Shown in pieces: positions 1-9,223 of a DNA stretch of 37,644 nt. Under the pieces are notes generated by a model that had not been told where the DNA came from, searched no databases, and was given only the letters and a program-made list of their open reading frames with translations. How positions within the stretch are numbered: position 1 is the first letter of the stretch; every line of letters begins with the position of its first letter. Location of the stretch: sequence record SRR22947725_578, one strand, 5' to 3'. The position numbers and the translations under genes are program-made.

Positions 1-1152
1 GAAGAAATGAAGAGTATTTATTTCCAACAATGGCTTATGGTAGATCATGTGAGCCGCATAAAAGACCCCGGTAATTATTTTGTCTTTGAGGCTGAAAAAG
101 AATCTATAATTATCATACGGGGAAAAGATAATGAGATTAGAGCTTTTTATAATGTGTGTACTCATCGTGGATCAAGAATATGCCTTGATGAAGAGGGGTC
201 AAAAAATCTTTTAGTTTGCCCTTATCATGCGTGGAGTTTTTCATCAGAGGGTAAGCTGAAGGCTGCACGTTATATGCCAGATGATTTTGTTAAAGAAGAC
301 TATGGATTAAGGAAATGCCATTTAAAAATTTATGAAGGACTAATCTTTATTAATCTTTCTATGGACACTCCAATAGATTTTGATGAATTTATTGCACCTT
401 TAAAAGAAATAGTAGGATTTCATAACACAGGTAAATCTAAAATTGTGTCTCGAAAAAAATATCCAACAAAGGCAAATTTCAAATTAGTTTTAGAAAATTT
501 TCAAGAATGTTACCATTGTGGAAATGCTCATTCTGAGTTTAGCGCAATTCATGAAAAAGATTGGGTATACACTATGGGGGCAGGTTTGGGAACCGCACCA
601 GAAAAAGACACTGAAGAATATCTAAAAAAAATTAGTCCATGGTTAGAAGACTGCAAAAAAAAAGGTATCCCATCTGAAACTTATTTAGAGACTGAAGGTG
701 GCTTAAAACTTGGTTTAAATCGTTATGCCGATCGCACCCCAATTGGAAATGGTCACTTATCACAAACTAAAAGTGGTAAACCTGCTTCAACATTGATGGG
801 AAAGTTTAAAGACTTTGATGGAGGCTTATCACAAGTAAGTTTTAATCCATTTAGCTGTTGTTACTTTACCAATGACTTTGGAGTTATGTTTGTGTTTAAG
901 CCAAATTCTACTCTCGAATCTGAAGTAGAACTTATTTGGTTAGTAAATGAAAATGCAAAAGAAAATGATGACTATAATATTGATGACATTACTTTTATTT
1001 GGGATGTTACAACTCAAGAAGATACGATGATTATTGAGAACAATCAGAAAGGCCTACTTTCTCAATCTTTTACCCCAGGGGTATTATCTCAAAATGAGTC
1101 AGCGGTCACTTATTTTTATAATTGGTATTTTACCAATATGCAGTTACCATAA
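1..1152 (+). CDS. Rieske non-heme iron oxygenase alpha subunit (GbcA/CntA/choline-monooxygenase-like), probably 5'-truncated by the window edge
   Basis: Rieske motif CTH...CPYH, mononuclear iron motif ENFQECYHC-x3-H and C-terminal TQED. The frame is open upstream of the ATG at 7, and the paralog at 8115 has about 33 more N-terminal residues. Confidence 0.9.
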   Translation, partial: EEMKSIYFQQWLMVDHVSRIKDPGNYFVFEAEKESIIIIRGKDNEIRAFYNVCTHRGSRICLDEEGSKNLLVCPYHAWSFSSEGKLKAARYMPDDFVKEDYGLRKCHLKIYEGLIFINLSMDTPIDFDEFIAPLKEIVGFHNTGKSKIVSRKKYPTKANFKLVLENFQECYHCGNAHSEFSAIHEKDWVYTMGAGLGTAPEKDTEEYLKKISPWLEDCKKKGIPSETYLETEGGLKLGLNRYADRTPIGNGHLSQTKSGKPASTLMGKFKDFDGGLSQVSFNPFSCCYFTNDFGVMFVFKPNSTLESEVELIWLVNENAKENDDYNIDDITFIWDVTTQEDTMIIENNQKGLLSQSFTPGVLSQNESAVTYFYNWYFTNMQLP

Positions 1153-1161
1153 TCTTAGATT

Positions 1162-2508
1162 ATGAAGCAGTTATATGATAAAGCGATATATGACTTTAAC
1201 ACACCCATTAAAAGCTATTGGGAAGATGTAAGTCATTTTGATCAGAGTCGTTTTCCAAAATTAGTTGGAGACCACTCATGTGATGTATGTGTTATTGGAG
1301 GTGGTTTTACAGGAATTAGTACCGCTTACCACATTGCAAAGAAATACGGTGGGGATGTTAGACTCCTTGAAGCTGGACATTTTGGATTTGCAAGTAGTGG
1401 AAGAAACGCTGGTTTTTGCTGCCTTCCATCAACAAAACTATCCGTTAACCAGTTAATAAAAAGATATGGAATGGATGAAACTAAAAAGTTTTTTGCATCT
1501 CAAATTGAAGGAGTCGATCTTCTTGCATCTTTAATAGCTGACAATAATATTGAGTGTGAAAAAATTGGTACGGGCAATCTAGACGTTGCTCATCATCCAA
1601 GCAGTATTGAAGAGTTAAAAGAATGGGGTAATGATCTAAAAAATCACTTTGGTATTAATACTAGATGGATTCCCAAAGAAGAATTTGATGAGGTTGGTCA
1701 TCAATCAACAGAACAGTTTGGGGCAGTATTTACTGAAGCGGGCTTTGCAATGAATCCAATGGCATTTTTAAATGGATTTGCCAATGCCACAGTTGATGCA
1801 GGAGCACAACTACATTCTCATTCAAGAGTTAAAAAATGGGAAAGAAATGGTAAGCATAAACTTATTACTGAAGAAGGATCTTTAACTTGCGATAAAGTCG
1901 TTGTCGCAACTAATGGTTATACAGACGAGTCACTACATTCAAGTTTTGCAAATAGAATGGTTCCAGTGTTATCAAATATTATTGTAACAAGGGAGATGAG
2001 TGAGGATGAATTTCAAATGCAAAATTACAAAACACTTAATCCAATCTGTAACTCAAGAGAGATTTTATATTATTATAGAAGAATGCCATCCAATAGAATG
2101 CTTTTTGGAACTCGAGGTGACACATTTGGAGATGATAAAAGTGCCTTAAAAATGAGAAGTATGATGACTAAACAGTTTCAAGGTGTATTTCCTAATTGGA
2201 ATGATATTGATGTTGAATATTATTGGAGAGGTACAGTTGTAATGAATCGTGATCTGGTTCCAGCTTTTGGAAGTCTTGAAAATGATAAGTCTGTTTTTTT
2301 TTCTTATGGCTACCATGCAAATGGTAATAACAGTACTGTCTATTGTGGAAAAAAATTAGCAGAAATGATTTATGAGTCAAATAGCGGTGAAACAAATATT
2401 TCAAAGGTATATCAAGGTCTTTCACCTAAAATTCCATTTGCTTTTTTAAGATTATGGTATCTTAGAATTTATCTTTGGTACTCTAGATTTACAGATAAAA
2501 GTAAATAA
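1162..2508 (+). CDS. FAD-dependent oxidoreductase, DadA/PuuB (gamma-glutamyl-amine oxidase)-like
   Basis: SYW N-terminal motif, VIGGGFTG dinucleotide fold, ASSGRNAG, VVATNGY; lies next to Pot and PuuA-like genes. Confidence 0.85.
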   Translation: MKQLYDKAIYDFNTPIKSYWEDVSHFDQSRFPKLVGDHSCDVCVIGGGFTGISTAYHIAKKYGGDVRLLEAGHFGFASSGRNAGFCCLPSTKLSVNQLIKRYGMDETKKFFASQIEGVDLLASLIADNNIECEKIGTGNLDVAHHPSSIEELKEWGNDLKNHFGINTRWIPKEEFDEVGHQSTEQFGAVFTEAGFAMNPMAFLNGFANATVDAGAQLHSHSRVKKWERNGKHKLITEEGSLTCDKVVVATNGYTDESLHSSFANRMVPVLSNIIVTREMSEDEFQMQNYKTLNPICNSREILYYYRRMPSNRMLFGTRGDTFGDDKSALKMRSMMTKQFQGVFPNWNDIDVEYYWRGTVVMNRDLVPAFGSLENDKSVFFSYGYHANGNNSTVYCGKKLAEMIYESNSGETNISKVYQGLSPKIPFAFLRLWYLRIYLWYSRFTDKSK

Positions 2509-2518
2509 GAGATTTAAA

Positions 2519-2547
2519 TTGCATCTATCATTTAGATAAATTAGAAT
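2519..2547 (+). promoter_or_regulatory. Sigma70-type promoter, likely producing a leaderless potB transcript
   Basis: TTGCAT(2519-2524)-N17-TAGAAT(2542-2547), then 6 nt to the ATG at 2554; no Shine-Dalgarno. Confidence 0.55.
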
Positions 2548-2553
2548 TTTTGT

Positions 2554-3438
2554 ATGTTACATGCATTGCAAAAATTTTATGCAAAAAGTGAGTCAGTACG
2601 AGCTTATATAATGCTTTCTCCTGCCTTAATCTTAATCTTTTTGCTCATGCTTATCCCAATGATACTAATGTTGAGTTTTAGTTTTTTTACTCAAATAAGT
2701 TTTGTAGAAATTGATTATACTTTTACAATACAAAGATATATTGATTTTTTTCAAAAAAATCTTCTTGTTTCACTTCTTATAAAGTCTCTTAAGATATCAT
2801 TTCTTGTAACCCTAATTACCCTGCTTACGGCCTATCCTGTCTGTTATTACATAGCTTTTTATGTCAAAAAAAACAAAATGTTATGGCTAGTCATGCTAAC
2901 ACTCCCCTTTTGGACATCTTATCTTTTAAGAGTTTTTTCTTGGAAAATTATTTTAGGAACAAAGGGAGTCATAAACTCATCTTTGATTAATGCTGGACTT
3001 CTCTCAGAACCTCTTACTTTTCTAATGTATTCAGAAACTGCCGTCATCATTACTCTTACGCATGCATATGCCGCTTTCGCCTTGCTCCCATTATATGTAT
3101 CACTCGAAAAAATAGACTTTTCTCTAATTGAGGCTGGTAGAGATTTAGGGTTATCACGACTCGAAGTATTTTGGAAAATCACTTTTCCACTGTCAATGCC
3201 AGGTGTGATTGGCGCAATTTTAATTATCTTTATTCCTACTGTTGGTGACTATGTAACTCCTGCACTCTTAGGAGGAACTGATGGAAGAATGTTGTCTAAT
3301 ATGATCCAAGCTTATTTTGGGAAAATAAATAATATCCCCCTTGGTGCTGCCTCAGCGACGATAATGTTATTTACGGTTGCTCTAGTAACAATGATAGTCT
3401 CGTATACAACAAAAAAACTTACTCAAAGGATATCCTAG
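2554..3438 (+). CDS. potB: Polyamine-type ABC transporter permease (PotB/PotH family)
   Basis: Multiple TM helices, LPFWTSYLLR and the EAA loop EAGRDLG. Confidence 0.88.
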   Translation: MLHALQKFYAKSESVRAYIMLSPALILIFLLMLIPMILMLSFSFFTQISFVEIDYTFTIQRYIDFFQKNLLVSLLIKSLKISFLVTLITLLTAYPVCYYIAFYVKKNKMLWLVMLTLPFWTSYLLRVFSWKIILGTKGVINSSLINAGLLSEPLTFLMYSETAVIITLTHAYAAFALLPLYVSLEKIDFSLIEAGRDLGLSRLEVFWKITFPLSMPGVIGAILIIFIPTVGDYVTPALLGGTDGRMLSNMIQAYFGKINNIPLGAASATIMLFTVALVTMIVSYTTKKLTQRIS

Positions 3439-4254
3439 ATGGAACAGAAAAATAATACATTATTATTTTATACATTGTTATATTTTGTATTTTTATACCT
3501 ACCTGTGTTATTTTTACCCCTCTTCAGCTTTAATGATGCAGATTACATGTCATTTCCTCTTTCAGGATTTACTACTGAGCATTATGAAGAAATGTGGGGA
3601 AGTGTAAATTTACATAAAGCACTTTGGGCAAGTATTAAAGTAGGTGTAGTTGCTAGTATTGTTAGTACAATAATAGCTCTTTTTGCAGCCAAAGCATTTG
3701 CACGTTACAAGTTTAGAGGTGAAAATATTTCTTATGGAGCAATAATGATGCCCTTCTTAATTCCTGAAATTATCTTAGCAGTATCAATACTTGTAATTTG
3801 GCTAAGCCTTGGTTTTAAACTAGGACTGATACCAGTTACTTTGGGTCATATACTTTTCTGTACACCATTTGCAATGCTAATTTTAATTGCTCGCATTGAA
3901 GGATTTGACTTCTCTCTTGAGGAGGCATCAAGAGATCTTGGTGAAAATGCTTGGGGCACCTTCTATCGAGTATCTCTTCCATTATATTTACCAGGTATAA
4001 TTGCCTCACTACTGTTAAGCTTTATAATCTCTTTTGATGAATTTATCCTTGCATTCTTCTTGACAGGAAGTGACGCAACGTTGCCAATGTATATGTGGGG
4101 TCAAATGAGATTTATTCAGAAATTACCTCATGTATTAGCACTTGGCGCTGTAATAATTGTGTTTACTACTATGATTGTTCTGTTAGCATTTTGGTTAAGA
4201 AATATTGGACAAGGAAAAGACAAGGCTGAACTTGGAATAAAAATACATGAATAA
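3439..4254 (+). CDS. potC: Polyamine-type ABC transporter permease (PotC/PotI family)
   Basis: FLYLP..LFSFN, EAA loop LEEASRDLG, SFDEF and TLP motifs. Confidence 0.88.
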   Translation: MEQKNNTLLFYTLLYFVFLYLPVLFLPLFSFNDADYMSFPLSGFTTEHYEEMWGSVNLHKALWASIKVGVVASIVSTIIALFAAKAFARYKFRGENISYGAIMMPFLIPEIILAVSILVIWLSLGFKLGLIPVTLGHILFCTPFAMLILIARIEGFDFSLEEASRDLGENAWGTFYRVSLPLYLPGIIASLLLSFIISFDEFILAFFLTGSDATLPMYMWGQMRFIQKLPHVLALGAVIIVFTTMIVLLAFWLRNIGQGKDKAELGIKIHE

Positions 4255-5329
4255 TTCTTTTATACAGATAAATCAGATATCTAAGCATTTTGGTGATGTG
4301 AAAGCAGTGGATAATGTTTCTTTTGAAATTCAAGAAGGAGAGTTTTTTTCACTTCTTGGACCATCAGGTTGTGGTAAAACGACTTTGTTGAGATTATTAG
4401 CGGGCTTTGAGTATCCAACAAGTGGAAACTTATTACTTGATGGAAGTGATATTACTGCGTTACCTCCAGACAAAAGACCGACAAATATGGTTTTTCAAAA
4501 TTATGCAATATTTCCACATATTGATGTAGAAAAAAACATTCAGTTTGGCTTAAGGAAGCTTGGCTTAACTAGCGAAGAAATTCGTGAAAGAGTAAATGAT
4601 GTTTTGTCTTTAGTTAAACTAGATGGTTATGAGAAAAGATTTAGTAGCCAACTATCAGGAGGTCAAAGACAAAGAGTTGCATTAGCTAGAGCTCTAGTAA
4701 GACAACCCAAAGTACTATTGCTAGACGAACCACTGGGCGCATTAGATAAAAAATTACGTGATGAAATGCAACTTGAACTTAGAACACTTCAAAAAAATAT
4801 TGGAATTACTTTTGTATTTGTCACGCATGATCAGCAAGAAGCTATAAGTATGTCTGACCGAGTGGCTGTAATGAGTGAGGGAAAAATACAACAATTATCA
4901 ACTCCAAATGAATTATATAAAAATCCTCATAATATATTCGTAAGTGATTTTATTGGTGAAACTAACTTTCTAAAATCTGAGACGAAGTCACAAGATGGGG
5001 AACATATTAATGTCTCTATTGAAAAATTAGGTGAATTTAAGATTAAGAATAGTCTCAATATAAGTGAAAACTCTTCAAATGTTATATGTAGCGTCCGTCC
5101 AGAAACAATGATGATAGATAAAGTAAAATCAGACTGGGACATTTGCTTAGAGGGCAAAATTAAACAAACATCGTATTTAGGCGAAATGACAAAATTTTAT
5201 ATTGAAACTAAAGAAATAGAAAAAATTATAACTGTTTCATCTCAATATTTTGATAATCAGTCTTTTAAAAATAATGATTGTTTTATAAGTATTAACTTAA
5301 ACGATATTTCTCTATTAAATAAAAAATAG
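4247..5329 (+). CDS. potA: Polyamine-type ABC transporter ATP-binding protein (PotA/PotG family)
   Basis: Walker A GPSGCGKT, signature LSGGQRQR, Walker B LLLDEP, VTHDQ and a C-terminal TOBE-like region. Confidence 0.92.
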   Translation: MNNSFIQINQISKHFGDVKAVDNVSFEIQEGEFFSLLGPSGCGKTTLLRLLAGFEYPTSGNLLLDGSDITALPPDKRPTNMVFQNYAIFPHIDVEKNIQFGLRKLGLTSEEIRERVNDVLSLVKLDGYEKRFSSQLSGGQRQRVALARALVRQPKVLLLDEPLGALDKKLRDEMQLELRTLQKNIGITFVFVTHDQQEAISMSDRVAVMSEGKIQQLSTPNELYKNPHNIFVSDFIGETNFLKSETKSQDGEHINVSIEKLGEFKIKNSLNISENSSNVICSVRPETMMIDKVKSDWDICLEGKIKQTSYLGEMTKFYIETKEIEKIITVSSQYFDNQSFKNNDCFISINLNDISLLNKK

Positions 5330-5358
5330 CCTGTTCCCTAAAAGAGAACAGGCTATTT
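5324..5358. terminator. Probable bidirectional intrinsic terminator between convergent potA and potD
   Basis: Perfect 13-bp inverted repeat AAATAGCCTGTTC(5324-5336)/GAACAGGCTATTT(5346-5358) with a 9-nt loop and A/T flanks. Confidence 0.8.
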
Positions 5359-5381
5359 AAAGATTAAACAATCTTTTTTGA

Positions 5382-6467
5382 TTAACCGCCAGCAACCATT
5401 TCAGCCCATTGAGCTTCCATATAGTCAGTTACTTCATCTGTAGGCATAACTGAAAACATTCCATTTGAAAGGTGCTCCGCAGGATTTGCTGCAACGCCTC
5501 GCTCAGCTAACTCATCTGCAGTTAATGTACTAAAGCCTGCTTTATTAGAGTGTCCATAACCCCATTCACTTAGCAAGTAAGCTGAAGTTTCAGCACTAGT
5601 AGCTCCATTTATCATTGCGTATGCTTTATCAAGGTCTGCACCTTTTACAATCGCAAGTCCACAAGCCCATGTCATTGTTCCATTAGAAGGCTGCATCATT
5701 TTTGCTCCAGCATTCCATGCAATTTCATTCCACCCAAGAGCAACGTCAATTTCTTCATTACCTAACGCTTCTACCATTGAAGAAGTATCTCCAAAGAATG
5801 CACGAATTTGTCCATTGTCTCTCATTTCACGAAATTTATTGATACCTTGATCAATAGCAGCTTTGGTTAATTGATCTTGTTCTCTAATATCAATTCCAAG
5901 GTGATGCATCATTAAAAATAATGAGTCTGCAGCTGAGTCTAGTATACCAACTTTACCATTAACTCTTGGATCTTCCATTAGATCAAAGCTTTCATTATCA
6001 TCATTCATCCATGTAACTCGATCAGCCATGTAAAATAATGTTGTATCTCCCCAATCTACAGGTGCGAAATAGTTCTTACCATCAACCATACCACTTGGCA
6101 GGTCTCTAACTTCAGGGAACATATCTTTCCAGTTATCTATTCTAGATGTATCAAGTGGCTCTAGCACACCTGCTCTTACCCATCGTTTTATTTCACCTTG
6201 GCAAGGCCATGCTAAATCGAATTCAGCACCAGCTCTTAGTTTTTGTAGTCCTTCTTCTGCATCACCAAATGTGGTATATGCAGGAGATCCATGTTCTTCC
6301 GCGTATGATCCAAATAGACCATCATCATCGTAGCCTCCCCATAGAAAAACAGATCCAGGTTCTGCAAAAGCTTTAGTTGTAGAAACTATTCCAGCAATAA
6401 AAACCACTGATAGCGATACGACCATAGCTCTTACAAAAAAATTTTTTATTTCATTGTACTTTGGCAT
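5382..6467 (-). CDS. potD: Polyamine-type ABC substrate-binding protein (PotD/PotF family)
   Basis: Signal peptide ending AFA, W-GGY N-terminal motif, LEPLDTSRIDNW, PVDWG and WGY motifs; adjacent to potBCA. Confidence 0.82.
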   Translation of the reverse strand: MPKYNEIKNFFVRAMVVSLSVVFIAGIVSTTKAFAEPGSVFLWGGYDDDGLFGSYAEEHGSPAYTTFGDAEEGLQKLRAGAEFDLAWPCQGEIKRWVRAGVLEPLDTSRIDNWKDMFPEVRDLPSGMVDGKNYFAPVDWGDTTLFYMADRVTWMNDDNESFDLMEDPRVNGKVGILDSAADSLFLMMHHLGIDIREQDQLTKAAIDQGINKFREMRDNGQIRAFFGDTSSMVEALGNEEIDVALGWNEIAWNAGAKMMQPSNGTMTWACGLAIVKGADLDKAYAMINGATSAETSAYLLSEWGYGHSNKAGFSTLTADELAERGVAANPAEHLSNGMFSVMPTDEVTDYMEAQWAEMVAGG

Positions 6468-6503
6468 AATTAATTATCCTTTTTTTATATTTAATCGTAA
6501 AAA

Positions 6504-6531
6504 ATTGTACACCGTCACTTACTTCCGTCAA
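6504..6531 (-). promoter_or_regulatory. Sigma70-type promoter for potD
   Basis: Minus strand TTGACG-N16-TACAAT; SD-like AAAGGA upstream of the ATG at 6467. Confidence 0.6.
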
Positions 6532-6571
6532 TGTGAATCGTGGTAAATATGATTGATTAAATGCAATAAAA

Positions 6572-8062
6572 TTATATTTTTGGCTGTTTTTCTGGATTTT
6601 GAAGCCATGGATCTATGTTTTCATAGTTATATGCAGCCTGAAATACTAGATTATCAGTATAAGAACGGCTTATAATTTGTATTCCAGTTGGGACTTCATT
6701 TGAAGCAAATCCCGATGGAACGCTAATTACTGGCAGTCTACCTAGCATATTAAACGGATAGGCCATAGTCCAACACATGTCTCTTCCAGTCACTTCTTTT
6801 CCATTGATTACAACAGGATCTTTCAACAAATCCACATCTGCTGCAACAGCTGGTAAATTATTTGCTGGGCATATAAATACATCGTATTGATCAAGTAATG
6901 GACCTAATTCACTATACATTTTACCAGCAATTTCTCCGCACTTAAGTGGCGAGTATCCTAATGTTGCACCTAGCTCTGGATAAAATTCCTCTCTGTTCTC
7001 TGCAATTGCTTTTGCATGGACTTCTGCTGATCGTGCATTCATTAGGGCGTAACTTGTTAATTGATCTTCGTACTGAGGTAAAAAATTAGCCACAGTTCTT
7101 GCAAATATATTTGCATAATGACTATAGCAGGCAGATTCAATTTCTTGTTTTTTCCAATTTAGCTTAACTTCAGTTACTGACGCTCCTAATGATTTAAATT
7201 TTTCAAGAGCCGATAAAGTATTTTTTTCGACTTCCTGGTCAACTTCAAAATATCCAAGATCCATAGAGTAAGCAATTTTCCAATCTTTAATATTTTCATA
7301 TTCAAGTGGTAAAGAAATTGCAGGACGCAAACTCGAAATATCTTTTGCATGTGGTCCACACATAATATTCTGCATTAGCGCACAATCTGAAACAGTACGT
7401 GCCATTGGCCCAATAACACAATACTGATCAATGTTATATGGAGCACTTTGAGGATTTCTACCAAAGGGTGGTTTGTATCCAACTATACCACAAGCTGATG
7501 CTGGGATTCTTATTGAGCCACCAATATCACTACCTGTTGCCAACATTGTACAGCCAGTAGCTAAAGCAGCAGCGCTACCACCACTAGATCCTCCTGGAGT
7601 CATATCTAAGTTCCAAGGATTTCTTGTTACTCCATTTACCTTTGAATGACAGAAAGATGTTAATGAAAATTCGGGATTGGTAGTCCGACCATGAATTATT
7701 GCTCCAGAATTTGTAAGAGACTCAACATCAATATCAGTTTGATCAGCAACATAATCTTTAAAAATTAAACTCCCATTTTTATTGGGCTGTCCTTTTATAT
7801 CGACTTCATCTTTAATTGCCAAGGGTATGCCTTCTAAAGGTAAAGTTTCTTTATCTTGCGAATATTTTATTTCTGCAGCTTTAGCCTGCTTAAGAGATTC
7901 TTCAAATTGAATAAAGTTAAAAGCATTTATTTTTGGATTTACATCATCAATTCTTTTTTTTATTTCTATTAGAAGCTCAACTGGAGATAATGTTTTATTC
8001 TTAAACATCTCTAAGGCCTGTGAAGCCGATAAATAACAAATCTCAAGGTTTAAATCACTCAT
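6572..8062 (-). CDS. Amidase signature family hydrolase
   Basis: Catalytic triad motifs intact: GIPLAIKD, PGGSSGGSAAA and GSDIGGSIRIPAS. Confidence 0.92.
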   Translation of the reverse strand: MSDLNLEICYLSASQALEMFKNKTLSPVELLIEIKKRIDDVNPKINAFNFIQFEESLKQAKAAEIKYSQDKETLPLEGIPLAIKDEVDIKGQPNKNGSLIFKDYVADQTDIDVESLTNSGAIIHGRTTNPEFSLTSFCHSKVNGVTRNPWNLDMTPGGSSGGSAAALATGCTMLATGSDIGGSIRIPASACGIVGYKPPFGRNPQSAPYNIDQYCVIGPMARTVSDCALMQNIMCGPHAKDISSLRPAISLPLEYENIKDWKIAYSMDLGYFEVDQEVEKNTLSALEKFKSLGASVTEVKLNWKKQEIESACYSHYANIFARTVANFLPQYEDQLTSYALMNARSAEVHAKAIAENREEFYPELGATLGYSPLKCGEIAGKMYSELGPLLDQYDVFICPANNLPAVAADVDLLKDPVVINGKEVTGRDMCWTMAYPFNMLGRLPVISVPSGFASNEVPTGIQIISRSYTDNLVFQAAYNYENIDPWLQNPEKQPKI

Positions 8063-8114
8063 ATAATTATTTTATTTTAATTTACTCATTAATAAAATAT
8101 ATTGAATTTATCAA

Positions 8115-9209
8115 ATGATTGAACAAAATATTAAAAATTTAATTTATAAGCAAGATCCACACGCTGGTATGGACCAGCTGTTTTTTACTAATAAAGATCT
8201 ATTTAACCTCAGCTATGAGGCTATGTTTAAAAAACAATGGGTATGCCTTACGCACCTGTCCTACTTTGATGAGAATGAAGTTTTTACTTATCAAATTAAT
8301 GATAGTTTTATTGAAATTAAGAAACTAAAAAATAAAAATCTTTCCATTTCATCCCCTAAATTAAACAGCCATTGTCATATTAAAGTTTATGAAAGTTTAG
8401 TATTTATTAATTTATCTGAGTTTCCATACTCATTTGAGGAATTTATAAACCCTTTGGAACCATATATAAAAATGCATGGTCTTAATGACGGTAAAATTGC
8501 TTTCAAGAAAGACTATATATTTAATGCTTCACATTTAGCAGCTATTCATAATTTTAAAGAATGTGCACATTGTTGGGGAGGTGAGTTTACTCATAAAGAT
8601 TATCTAAGTGTTCATGGAGAGGAATACTGTAATTCATATGGGGCAGGAGTAGGGTCAGGAATTGAATCACCTAAACTTGATCAAAGGATTAAAGATTGGA
8701 CGCTGGAGACAAAAAATAAAGGTTTATTTGTTGGTGAATATAATGAAGACACAAATAAATTTTTTCGTATAGCTGAGCGTACCCCCCTAGCTGAAGGTAT
8801 AAAGTCAGAAACTATTGATGGAAGTTATTCATGTTCATCGTTGATGGGGGATTTTAGAACGATTGGACCTGATAACGGCTACACTGCAATTGGATTTAGT
8901 CCATTTAATAGTTTTATTGCTAATAATGAATTTGTAATTCTTTTTTTATTTTCTCCAGTAAGTCAAAGTAAAACTATCGTTACTCAATACTGGATAAAAC
9001 ATAAAGAGGCAGATGTTGATATTGAGAAAATGATTTTTCTATGGGATCAAACATCTAAGGAAGATTCCCAGTTGTGTGAAATGAATCAAAAAGGAATTGA
9101 GAGTCAAGCCTATCAACCTGGTAGGTACGGCGATCTTGAAATAAGCCTTGTTCATTATCAAAAGTTTTACTTGGACCATTTGCAAAATTATATCAAAGGG
9201 CTTGTCTAG
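8115..9209 (+). CDS. Rieske-oxygenase alpha-subunit homolog retaining the catalytic domain but lacking the Rieske cluster-binding subdomain
   Basis: Collinear with the 7..1152 product (CHIKVYESLVFINLS, NFKECAHC, YGAGVG, ERTPL, LMGDF, FSPFNS, WDQTSKED) but has no CxH/CxxH motifs. Confidence 0.82.
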   Translation: MIEQNIKNLIYKQDPHAGMDQLFFTNKDLFNLSYEAMFKKQWVCLTHLSYFDENEVFTYQINDSFIEIKKLKNKNLSISSPKLNSHCHIKVYESLVFINLSEFPYSFEEFINPLEPYIKMHGLNDGKIAFKKDYIFNASHLAAIHNFKECAHCWGGEFTHKDYLSVHGEEYCNSYGAGVGSGIESPKLDQRIKDWTLETKNKGLFVGEYNEDTNKFFRIAERTPLAEGIKSETIDGSYSCSSLMGDFRTIGPDNGYTAIGFSPFNSFIANNEFVILFLFSPVSQSKTIVTQYWIKHKEADVDIEKMIFLWDQTSKEDSQLCEMNQKGIESQAYQPGRYGDLEISLVHYQKFYLDHLQNYIKGLV

Positions 9210-9223
9210 GTAAGTATAGTATT

